NCBI GenBank assembly: GCA_977862235.1
Contig: OZ374562.1
Span: 2,480,001-2,544,000 of the forward strand
DNA length: 64,000 nt
DNA from: Dudresnaya verticillata
Lineage: Eukaryota
Reading direction: 5' to 3'
The notes under the pieces are model-generated. The model saw only the letters and a program-made list of their open reading frames with translations. It searched no databases and was not told the DNA's origin. This document shows, in pieces, positions 52,378 to 64,000 of the stretch; the stretch's first letter is position 1; each line of letters starts with the position of its first letter. Made by a program: the position numbers and the translations under genes.

Positions 52378-55300
52378 AAGTGTACAGAGAGATCTCCTTT
52401 GCAGCCTACCAAAATGTCAAGGTTTCAGAAGGTACTGTTTGTGAGGCGGTTGAGAGTGAAGTCATAGAAGGTATGAATTTTGTATCGTCCATGTCTGTCA
52501 ATGTTGGTAAGTATGTGGGCAGCATAGTGTGAAGATTTTTTGTTGTATCTTATCGCTTTTGGTCGTCGCTGTTATAGCTGTGGCTGCGAAGCAAGTGTGA
52601 TTATGTTGTTATGTTATTGTGGGATCCCAGTTATTGTTGGAGCCATCGAAAGTAGTTTAGCAGCACGAGAGGTTGAAGTAAATGTCGCCATGTAGATGCT
52701 TCTGTCAATACCCAATTCCATCGGTGTTCATAACAATCGGGCCTGAGAGCGCACAAATCGGTGCCTTTTTTTCGACGACCAAGTCTAAGGCAGGGAATGG
52801 GTGACATTAAACAATTATCTGCAAAAGTAGTTCGTGTCTCTCTAACAATGAGTTGGCTTGACTGAACAAAAGGGAACCCCGAAAGCATCTACTCCGTGTC
52901 TCCATACTTTGAAGACAACAGAAAGATCTATCCAGGCTTCAGGCTCCGGGCTGCCCCTCCGGGCTGTAGGAAGAGCCTGGTCATCAGGGAGAATTCAGTA
53001 ATGTTCTCTATATTTTTCCTCATAGTTCGTTAGTGTTACAGTGCGTCGCCGTCTCAGTTAACAGGCGTAAGCTTGTTGACCGCCGTGTTAGAAACAGTGC
53101 ATATTAAGTCCCCTTAAGGGGCTTACTCTCCAATTTGAGAATAAAGGGATGCTTGCTCATAGCGATGCTGCGGTATAGCAAGGCGTAAAGGAGATTGGCA
53201 ACATAATTATACTTATTCAACAAATGCATTCATGATCATCACAACTTTATTGAAGCAAGACGAAGCTGCTTTGAACACTGAAATCCAGTGCTATCCCTTG
53301 CAGGAAATATTTCATATGAAAGAAGAGCAGCAGAAGTCCTGCCGCATAGCCACATGCATAATAAAACACTCCTAACCCTGCGGCCAACACGCTTACGCCT
53401 GCTATTTGTGTTGAATACTGTCTTACTACATCACTCGTGGACGACATCACTTGGTGTAATCGCACTAACCTCAGCAAGTGTTTATCCGCCAAGTTGCATA
53501 AGTGGACGTGTTGAGAAAGAAAGTGAGCTGTGTAGCGTCAACCAATTTTGCGGATGAGGTAAGCAAACATTGAGGTGGATGCTGAATTCATCTTGTGTGA
53601 TTGTTAATCGTTTTGTTTAGATGTATTACTTGAGGTCTATGGTCTCCACACTCTATTAGGAACAGACCTGCCTTTAGCATGTCGTGGTTTAGCAATGACT
53701 ACGAAGCAGTACAAGTACTCTACCGGATCTCGGGTTTGATACCAGGACACTACGCTTTGAGAACAACTATCACCATATCCAACACCCACGAAGAAGAAAA
53801 AAGAACTGTTCTCAGCCTACATATACGTGTGACCTGCAGCTTTTGAACAGAACTGTAACAGCGGGCCTCTACATATAGCAATACAAAGTAAAGGATGGGT
53901 CTTAAACGAGAAACTAATATTGCTCTCCAGCTGCCTTAACGCAGTACGAAGCATTCTGTCCCCGCGCTGCAATAATCACTTCGATGACATTAATACCACA
54001 TAAAGCATTGTCGGGGGATGGATTACATCCCTTAAGAGTAGGAAAACAACTTATTGAATCCGGAAAGGATAGGGTATCGTCTACAGTCGCAACACTCGTA
54101 CCTTTACAACCTTTTCTTCCGAGAGTTGAACGTATCGTTACATCAGGCTAATTCTGTTATTGTGAAATAGAACCAACCCCTTATGAATATGGGCATGTAG
54201 CAGACCGGGATAAAGATCTCGCGATATTTGCACCTTCGCGGATTCGGTCCAAAATGATTTGAAGGCACAGCAATCATAGCAATACTGTATGGACGTTTTC
54301 GTTGATGTCCTTCGCAGCGTGGCTTCGCACCAACTGCTCAAGCGTTTGATGTCTCGGTTGTAACTCCGCACTCTTCCTCTTCTCGTGCTCTGCCTCGAGC
54401 CCATCTTGCGATTCAATCTCGTGAAAAGGAAAAAGTCCGCCACTATCGTAGGCTCTGCGAAAACAACCATTTCCAGTCGATTTCGAACTACATCCCATGG
54501 CTATGGACATCTATGGCTCCATCGGCCATGGCTTTGATCGCGGTGCGCAACTGTACACAATCTGCTCTCAACACAATCTTGCGAGTATCGCAAGTGATGC
54601 TTGCGGGTGTAATGTGTAAGCCCCTCCCTTTTGTGTCATTATGGTCATCTTAAAGGGAGAAGCGTTTTATCCGGGTCCGAGTTGCTCACCGCAACAATCA
54701 CAGCCCGTTTCCCTTTCGTCCGGGCGTCTTCCTGAAGTATGAGAACATGAAACCATGCTGCATACGGACAAATTCTGTGGGTTACAACAGGGTCCGATCC
54801 ATATAATTGTCGCCTGTGGAGAAAGAAAAAGGGCAAGCAATAAGGAATCCTAAAAGCAAAGGTAACACCCCGTGTGCAATAGAATGTATCTAGTAATAGA
54901 ATACAATTCGACTATCTTGTCCGGTAAGCCCATTGCACTCTAAAGCAGTTGTGCAGTAGCTAGTGATACTTAACAAAACTTGCTTGGCTGCTATGGACCG
55001 AGTATAACTTCACTATAGGTTTTGTGAGGCAATAAGGGTAGCCCCGTTTTCATCCGTGGAAACGTTTGTCGAGCCCTGACGAGAAGTGCCATCGAATACC
55101 TTAATATTTGTCGCTATGCTGCTGTTGTGCTATGCCTTCTCTTTCCACAGTACTGCAGTTCACAGTACAGTACCCAAATTCCCAATCCCGACTTTATAGT
55201 GCGCTTCATCGGCTCATCGTAGTCGAAGGTTCAAAGCTCCCTCAACCACACACGCCGAGTCGGGTTTCTAATCCACACAACAAGAACACATGGTGAATAT

Positions 55301-56740
55301 TCCGCTCCCAACACATTGCCTTGTTGTTCAGTCTTCACGTTTGCAGACAAACCTAATGTAACAGCTACAGACTTGATTTGTTTTTATGTAAGAGGCCGGC
55401 AATGTAACAGACAATGCACACTCCACTTTTCATGAAGTGCATACATCGAGTGAAACTGTTTACGACCATTACCACACATCCTGGACGTTAGCAATTTTGG
55501 CGCTCTGTACGGATTCCTGACCACAAGGCAGGAGCGCATCATAACGCGCTCTAGCGTTCTAGTATGGATCTAGCCGTTCAGCAGATCTAGCGCTGTCTCC
55601 GATGGCGCGGAAGACATAAGAGATTTCTCCGAGACACTACTGTATATTGAGTTTCCGAAGCGCATTCGAGAAAGGCCTTGCTGGGAACGGCGGCCGCATC
55701 GCGATGGTGCTGTGCTACGTATTTCGTTCCATGGCTATGCTTTTCTTCCGTCGTGGAGATAGCGTGGCTTACTTGTGACCTTGACTTTGAGTAGTTAACA
55801 GCTGGTGCATACAACACTTGAATGCAATGAGGGTATCGCCATGCAATGGTGCTAATTCAATTGCCAGTGTAGCAAACGGAAGCACACGCTTCACGGTCGC
55901 ACTACACGAACGGCTGAGAACCGCGAACAACAGAGGTAGTGTTCAGACACTCCAGACCCTCCATTCGCACTATGACGGCTGCTTCCATAACGGCATGTCA
56001 CATTGTCTACATATTGAATGCGGTTGTGTGCCCTGTTGCGAAGATTCGAGTCCGCTTCCGCACTGCAGTTGTTCCATCCATCCAGAACCTATATTTTATG
56101 TTAGCTATCTGTTATCCACATACTCAGCCCCAGACCCCAAACAGTATACCTCTATGTTGACAATACCTAGAGTCTGTAGTATAGCTATGCTTCTAGCTCT
56201 ATACATAGAGTGTGCATGCCACGGAACTCGAACCGCTTTGTTAAATATTCTACGCTACAGCAGTAGCACTGAAACGGTTTCCGACCTCTTATTCTGCCGA
56301 ACAAGGTCGAGACTACTTTGCCCGCACACATGCGCAGTTGCAACAGTTTCAACACCTATCTTTTAATGCAATGCCAACATGGTGTTAGACAAAGCGTTCT
56401 GCATCGAATGCGTCCTTCTGCATCTACAGGATGCAATCCTGCAAGCCGACGCTGCGAACTTTACCATCTACACATCCTTCAACTTTATTTTTCCAGTCAT
56501 GACCGGCCGCAGTTCTCTCACGCAGTTCTCTCACACCGAATTGGTAGAACAAAGTTCCTTCCGTTCCGTACTTAAAGCCCTTAACGTCTCAATCGCAGTC
56601 CAAAATATTCCCACCCACCACACCCCCATCGCATCACATCTACCTGTTATTACAGGTACAAACGTAGTCAAAAGAACTGCACAGGTAGGTACCCTGCCCC
56701 TTCATCAACTCTCCGTCGCCTACCAACTCAACAGCTCAAT

Positions 56741-57268
56741 ATGTTTACTCGATTTGTCCTTTTTGTGGCACTCGTGCTCCCGTATTTATGCTCTGCTGTC
56801 AGGTGCCCTCTCCGTGGTGTCTGTGTGCCGGATTATATTTGCCGTATCCAAGGCCGTCGGCCCTTGCACGGGAATTATTGTGGGCATCAGAGAGGCGTTG
56901 AATGCTGCCCCTACTTCAGGTACCGGTTTTGCTCTGTCGATCGAGGGCGTTTTCTCGACCGTGCACAAGGGGTTTGCCAACCTAGCTCTACATGCCGCGG
57001 AAAAGGTGCATACTCCGTCGAGACGTCACAATGCAGTTCTGGTCACTTTATTACATGCTGTGTTGGCTCCTCCATACTGCCATATCTACCTGGCCCTTCC
57101 AGTGATCCACGGTATCCATACAGAAAGGCTGTTTCTGCGACTCGTACAGGGACGTCCAAGGGGTCAGTGAGAGCACTTACTACGGCCGCCACGGAGACCA
57201 CCACGAAGACTTTGGAAGACACCTCTGTGGGATTGGAAAGGCGTACCAAGGATACCATCCAGCACTAG
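56741..57268 (+). CDS. Secreted double 6-Cys-module protein, copy 12
   Basis: Translation identical to copy 1. Confidence 0.85.
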   Translation: MFTRFVLFVALVLPYLCSAVRCPLRGVCVPDYICRIQGRRPLHGNYCGHQRGVECCPYFRYRFCSVDRGRFLDRAQGVCQPSSTCRGKGAYSVETSQCSSGHFITCCVGSSILPYLPGPSSDPRYPYRKAVSATRTGTSKGSVRALTTAATETTTKTLEDTSVGLERRTKDTIQH

Positions 57269-60200
57269 AAGTGTACAGAGAGATCTCCTTTGCAGCCTAC
57301 CAAAATGTCAAGGTTTCAGAAGGTACTGTTTGTGAGGCGGTTGAGAGTGAAGTCATAGAAGGTATGAATTTTGTATCGTCCATGTCTGTCAATGTTGGTA
57401 AGTATGTGGGCAGCATAGTGTGAAGATTTTTTGTTGTATCTTATCGCTTTTGGTCGTCGCTGTTATAGCTGTGGCTGCGAAGCAAGTGTGATTATGTTGT
57501 TATGTTATTGTGGGATCCCAGTTATTGTTGGAGCCATCGAAAGTAGTTTAGCAGCACGAGAGGTTGAAGTAAATGTCGCCATGTAGATGCTTCTGTCAAT
57601 ACCCAATTCCATCGGTGTTCATAACAATCGGGCCTGAGAGCGCACAAATCGGTGCCTTTTTTTCGACGACCAAGTCTAAGGCAGGGAATGGGTGACATTA
57701 AACAATTATCTGCAAAAGTAGTTCGTGTCTCTCTAACAATGAGTTGGCTTGACTGAACAAAAGGGAACCCCGAAAGCATCTACTCCGTGTCTCCATACTT
57801 TGAAGACAACAGAAAGATCTATCCAGGCTTCAGGCTCCGGGCTGCCCCTCCGGGCTGTAGGAAGAGCCTGGTCATCAGGGAGAATTCAGTAATGTTCTCT
57901 ATATTTTTCCTCATAGTTCGTTAGTGTTACAGTGCGTCGCCGTCTCAGTTAACAGGCGTAAGCTTGTTGACCGCCGTGTTAGAAACAGTGCATATTAAGT
58001 CCCCTTAAGGGGCTTACTCTCCAATTTGAGAATAAAGGGATGCTTGCTCATAGCGATGCTGCGGTATAGCAAGGCGTAAAGGAGATTGGCAACATAATTA
58101 TACTTATTCAACAAATGCATTCATGATCATCACAACTTTATTGAAGCAAGACGAAGCTGCTTTGAACACTGAAATCCAGTGCTATCCCTTGCAGGAAATA
58201 TTTCATATGAAAGAAGAGCAGCAGAAGTCCTGCCGCATAGCCACATGCATAATAAAACACTCCTAACCCTGCGGCCAACACGCTTACGCCTGCTATTTGT
58301 GTTGAATACTGTCTTACTACATCACTCGTGGACGACATCACTTGGTGTAATCGCACTAACCTCAGCAAGTGTTTATCCGCCAAGTTGCATAAGTGGACGT
58401 GTTGAGAAAGAAAGTGAGCTGTGTAGCGTCAACCAATTTTGCGGATGAGGTAAGCAAACATTGAGGTGGATGCTGAATTCATCTTGTGTGATTGTTAATC
58501 GTTTTGTTTAGATGTATTACTTGAGGTCTATGGTCTCCACACTCTATTAGGAACAGACCTGCCTTTAGCATGTCGTGGTTTAGCAATGACTACGAAGCAG
58601 TACAAGTACTCTACCGGATCTCGGGTTTGATACCAGGACACTACGCTTTGAGAACAACTATCACCATATCCAACACCCACGAAGAAGAAAAAAGAACTGT
58701 TCTCAGCCTACATATACGTGTGACCTGCAGCTTTTGAACAGAACTGTAACAGCGGGCCTCTACATATAGCAATACAAAGTAAAGGATGGGTCTTAAACGA
58801 GAAACTAATATTGCTCTCCAGCTGCCTTAACGCAGTACGAAGCATTCTGTCCCCGCGCTGCAATAATCACTTCGATGACATTAATACCACATAAAGCATT
58901 GTCGGGGGATGGATTACATCCCTTAAGAGTAGGAAAACAACTTATTGAATCCGGAAAGGATAGGGTATCGTCTACAGTCGCAACACTCGTACCTTTACAA
59001 CCTTTTCTTCCGAGAGTTGAACGTATCGTTACATCAGGCTAATTCTGTTATTGTGAAATAGAACCAACCCCTTATGAATATGGGCATGTAGCAGACCGGG
59101 ATAAAGATCTCGCGATATTTGCACCTTCGCGGATTCGGTCCAAAATGATTTGAAGGCACAGCAATCATAGCAATACTGTATGGACGTTTTCGTTGATGTC
59201 CTTCGCAGCGTGGCTTCGCACCAACTGCTCAAGCGTTTGATGTCTCGGTTGTAACTCCGCACTCTTCCTCTTCTCGTGCTCTGCCTCGAGCCCATCTTGC
59301 GATTCAATCTCGTGAAAAGGAAAAAGTCCGCCACTATCGTAGGCTCTGCGAAAACAACCATTTCCAGTCGATTTCGAACTACATCCCATGGCTATGGACA
59401 TCTATGGCTCCATCGGCCATGGCTTTGATCGCGGTGCGCAACTGTACACAATCTGCTCTCAACACAATCTTGCGAGTATCGCAAGTGATGCTTGCGGGTG
59501 TAATGTGTAAGCCCCTCCCTTTTGTGTCATTATGGTCATCTTAAAGGGAGAAGCGTTTTATCCGGGTCCGAGTTGCTCACCGCAACAATCACAGCCCGTT
59601 TCCCTTTCGTCCGGGCGTCTTCCTGAAGTATGAGAACATGAAACCATGCTGCATACGGACAAATTCTGTGGGTTACAACAGGGTCCGATCCATATAATTG
59701 TCGCCTGTGGAGAAAGAAAAAGGGCAAGCAATAAGGAATCCTAAAAGCAAAGGTAACACCCCGTGTGCAATAGAATGTATCTAGTAATAGAATACAATTC
59801 GACTATCTTGTCCGGTAAGCCCATTGCACTCTAAAGCAGTTGTGCAGTAGCTAGTGATACTTAACAAAACTTGCTTGGCTGCTATGGACCGAGTATAACT
59901 TCACTATAGGTTTTGTGAGGCAATAAGGGTAGCCCCGTTTTCATCCGTGGAAACGTTTGTCGAGCCCTGACGAGAAGTGCCATCGAATACCTTAATATTT
60001 GTCGCTATGCTGCTGTTGTGCTATGCCTTCTCTTTCCACAGTACTGCAGTTCACAGTACAGTACCCAAATTCCCAATCCCGACTTTATAGTGCGCTTCAT
60101 CGGCTCATCGTAGTCGAAGGTTCAAAGCTCCCTCAACCACACACGCCGAGTCGGGTTTCTAATCCACACAACAAGAACACATGGTGAATATTCCGCTCCC

Positions 60201-61631
60201 AACACATTGCCTTGTTGTTCAGTCTTCACGTTTGCAGACAAACCTAATGTAACAGCTACAGACTTGATTTGTTTTTATGTAAGAGGCCGGCAATGTAACA
60301 GACAATGCACACTCCACTTTTCATGAAGTGCATACATCGAGTGAAACTGTTTACGACCATTACCACACATCCTGGACGTTAGCAATTTTGGCGCTCTGTA
60401 CGGATTCCTGACCACAAGGCAGGAGCGCATCATAACGCGCTCTAGCGTTCTAGTATGGATCTAGCCGTTCAGCAGATCTAGCGCTGTCTCCGATGGCGCG
60501 GAAGACATAAGAGATTTCTCCGAGACACTACTGTATATTGAGTTTCCGAAGCGCATTCGAGAAAGGCCTTGCTGGGAACGGCGGCCGCATCGCGATGGTG
60601 CTGTGCTACGTATTTCGTTCCATGGCTATGCTTTTCTTCCGTCGTGGAGATAGCGTGGCTTACTTGTGACCTTGACTTTGAGTAGTTAACAGCTGGTGCA
60701 TACAACACTTGAATGCAATGAGGGTATCGCCATGCAATGGTGCTAATTCAATTGCCAGTGTAGCAAACGGAAGCACACGCTTCACGGTCGCACTACACGA
60801 ACGGCTGAGAACCGCGAACAACAGAGGTAGTGTTCAGACACTCCAGACCCTCCATTCGCACTATGACGGCTGCTTCCATAACGGCATGTCACATTGTCTA
60901 CATATTGAATGCGGTTGTGTGCCCTGTTGCGAAGATTCGAGTCCGCTTCCGCACTGCAGTTGTTCCATCCATCCAGAACCTATATTTTATGTTAGCTATC
61001 TGTTATCCACATACTCAGCCCCAGACCCCAAACAGTATACCTCTATGTTGACAATACCTAGAGTCTGTAGTATAGCTATGCTTCTAGCTCTATACATAGA
61101 GTGTGCATGCCACGGAACTCGAACCGCTTTGTTAAATATTCTACGCTACAGCAGTAGCACTGAAACGGTTTCCGACCTCTTATTCTGCCGAACAAGGTCG
61201 AGACTACTTTGCCCGCACACATGCGCAGTTGCAACAGTTTCAACACCTATCTTTTAATGCAATGCCAACATGGTGTTAGACAAAGCGTTCTGCATCGAAT
61301 GCGTCCTTCTGCATCTACAGGATGCAATCCTGCAAGCCGACGCTGCGAACTTTACCATCTACACATCCTTCAACTTTATTTTTCCAGTCATGACCGGCCG
61401 CAGTTCTCTCACGCAGTTCTCTCACACCGAATTGGTAGAACAAAGTTCCTTCCGTTCCGTACTTAAAGCCCTTAACGTCTCAATCGCAGTCCAAAATATT
61501 CCCACCCACCACACCCCCATCGCATCACATCTACCTGTTATTACAGGTACAAACGTAGTCAAAAGAACTGCACAGGTAGGTACCCTGCCCCTTCATCAAC
61601 TCTCCGTCGCCTACCAACTCAACAGCTCAAT

Positions 61632-62159
61632 ATGTTTACTCGATTTGTCCTTTTTGTGGCACTCGTGCTCCCGTATTTATGCTCTGCTGTCAGGTGCCCT
61701 CTCCGTGGTGTCTGTGTGCCGGATTATATTTGCCGTATCCAAGGCCGTCGGCCCTTGCACGGGAATTATTGTGGGCATCAGAGAGGCGTTGAATGCTGCC
61801 CCTACTTCAGGTACCGGTTTTGCTCTGTCGATCGAGGGCGTTTTCTCGACCGTGCACAAGGGGTTTGCCAACCTAGCTCTACATGCCGCGGAAAAGGTGC
61901 ATACTCCGTCGAGACGTCACAATGCAGTTCTGGTCACTTTATTACATGCTGTGTTGGCTCCTCCATACTGCCATATCTACCTGGCCCTTCCAGTGATCCA
62001 CGGTATCCATACAGAAAGGCTGTTTCTGCGACTCGTACAGGGACGTCCAAGGGGTCAGTGAGAGCACTTACTACGGCCGCCACGGAGACCACCACGAAGA
62101 CTTTGGAAGACACCTCTGTGGGATTGGAAAGGCGTACCAAGGATACCATCCAGCACTAG
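61632..62159 (+). CDS. Secreted double 6-Cys-module protein, copy 13
   Basis: Translation identical to copy 1. Confidence 0.85.
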   Translation: MFTRFVLFVALVLPYLCSAVRCPLRGVCVPDYICRIQGRRPLHGNYCGHQRGVECCPYFRYRFCSVDRGRFLDRAQGVCQPSSTCRGKGAYSVETSQCSSGHFITCCVGSSILPYLPGPSSDPRYPYRKAVSATRTGTSKGSVRALTTAATETTTKTLEDTSVGLERRTKDTIQH

Positions 62160-64000
62160 AAGTGTACAGAGAGATCTCCTTTGCAGCCTACCAAAATGTC
62201 AAGGTTTCAGAAGGTACTGTTTGTGAGGCGGTTGAGAGTGAAGTCATAGAAGGTATGAATTTTGTATCGTCCATGTCTGTCAATGTTGGTAAGTATGTGG
62301 GCAGCATAGTGTGAAGATTTTTTGTTGTATCTTATCGCTTTTGGTCGTCGCTGTTATAGCTGTGGCTGCGAAGCAAGTGTGATTATGTTGTTATGTTATT
62401 GTGGGATCCCAGTTATTGTTGGAGCCATCGAAAGTAGTTTAGCAGCACGAGAGGTTGAAGTAAATGTCGCCATGTAGATGCTTCTGTCAATACCCAATTC
62501 CATCGGTGTTCATAACAATCGGGCCTGAGAGCGCACAAATCGGTGCCTTTTTTTCGACGACCAAGTCTAAGGCAGGGAATGGGTGACATTAAACAATTAT
62601 CTGCAAAAGTAGTTCGTGTCTCTCTAACAATGAGTTGGCTTGACTGAACAAAAGGGAACCCCGAAAGCATCTACTCCGTGTCTCCATACTTTGAAGACAA
62701 CAGAAAGATCTATCCAGGCTTCAGGCTCCGGGCTGCCCCTCCGGGCTGTAGGAAGAGCCTGGTCATCAGGGAGAATTCAGTAATGTTCTCTATATTTTTC
62801 CTCATAGTTCGTTAGTGTTACAGTGCGTCGCCGTCTCAGTTAACAGGCGTAAGCTTGTTGACCGCCGTGTTAGAAACAGTGCATATTAAGTCCCCTTAAG
62901 GGGCTTACTCTCCAATTTGAGAATAAAGGGATGCTTGCTCATAGCGATGCTGCGGTATAGCAAGGCGTAAAGGAGATTGGCAACATAATTATACTTATTC
63001 AACAAATGCATTCATGATCATCACAACTTTATTGAAGCAAGACGAAGCTGCTTTGAACACTGAAATCCAGTGCTATCCCTTGCAGGAAATATTTCATATG
63101 AAAGAAGAGCAGCAGAAGTCCTGCCGCATAGCCACATGCATAATAAAACACTCCTAACCCTGCGGCCAACACGCTTACGCCTGCTATTTGTGTTGAATAC
63201 TGTCTTACTACATCACTCGTGGACGACATCACTTGGTGTAATCGCACTAACCTCAGCAAGTGTTTATCCGCCAAGTTGCATAAGTGGACGTGTTGAGAAA
63301 GAAAGTGAGCTGTGTAGCGTCAACCAATTTTGCGGATGAGGTAAGCAAACATTGAGGTGGATGCTGAATTCATCTTGTGTGATTGTTAATCGTTTTGTTT
63401 AGATGTATTACTTGAGGTCTATGGTCTCCACACTCTATTAGGAACAGACCTGCCTTTAGCATGTCGTGGTTTAGCAATGACTACGAAGCAGTACAAGTAC
63501 TCTACCGGATCTCGGGTTTGATACCAGGACACTACGCTTTGAGAACAACTATCACCATATCCAACACCCACGAAGAAGAAAAAAGAACTGTTCTCAGCCT
63601 ACATATACGTGTGACCTGCAGCTTTTGAACAGAACTGTAACAGCGGGCCTCTACATATAGCAATACAAAGTAAAGGATGGGTCTTAAACGAGAAACTAAT
63701 ATTGCTCTCCAGCTGCCTTAACGCAGTACGAAGCATTCTGTCCCCGCGCTGCAATAATCACTTCGATGACATTAATACCACATAAAGCATTGTCGGGGGA
63801 TGGATTACATCCCTTAAGAGTAGGAAAACAACTTATTGAATCCGGAAAGGATAGGGTATCGTCTACAGTCGCAACACTCGTACCTTTACAACCTTTTCTT
63901 CCGAGAGTTGAACGTATCGTTACATCAGGCTAATTCTGTTATTGTGAAATAGAACCAACCCCTTATGAATATGGGCATGTAGCAGACCGGGATAAAGATC

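Larger units (their letters stand above)
1..64000 (+). repeat. Head-to-tail tandem array (macrosatellite/gene amplicon) of a 4,891-bp unit, at least 13.1 copies, open at both window ends
   Basis: AAAGAACTGTTCTCAGCCTAC recurs at 1, 4892, 9782, 14673, 19564, 24454, 29345, 34236, 39127, 44018, 48909, 53800, 58691 and 63582. The full ORF set recurs with a period of 4891 bp (4890 for units 2 and 5). The unit phase is arbitrary because the true array junctions lie outside the window. Confidence 0.99.

Noticed and set aside
1..64000. CRISPR array or tandem LTR/TIR transposon
   Set aside because: No short repeat-spacer structure, cas genes, LTRs or terminal inverted repeats were seen within the unit.

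Overview
The whole window is one head-to-tail tandem array of a 4,891-bp unit: 13 complete copies in window phase plus a 419-bp partial copy, and the array runs off both window edges. The copies are almost identical. By eye and via the ORF track I found only five private substitutions and one GC>T change shared by units 2 and 5. Each unit carries one convincing gene, a + strand ORF (2942-3469 in unit 1). It encodes a signal peptide followed by two cationic six-cysteine modules with identical spacing (C-xn-GVC-x5-C-x12-C-x7-CC), a beta-defensin-like or clip-like cysteine frame. The annotated Thr-rich tail looks like an off-frame read: a 105-codon stop-free, coding-like -1 frame (3307-3624, missed by the ORF track) overlaps it and ends where T/G-rich 3'-UTR-like sequence begins. 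The amplified gene therefore seems to have a hidden C-terminal domain behind a frameshift or cryptic intron present in the copies. The rest of the unit (about 4 kb) has no recognisable gene, RNA gene, transposase or replication protein. Gene density and UTR composition suggest a eukaryotic nuclear locus (fungal or red-algal style), but the organism cannot be identified from sequence alone.
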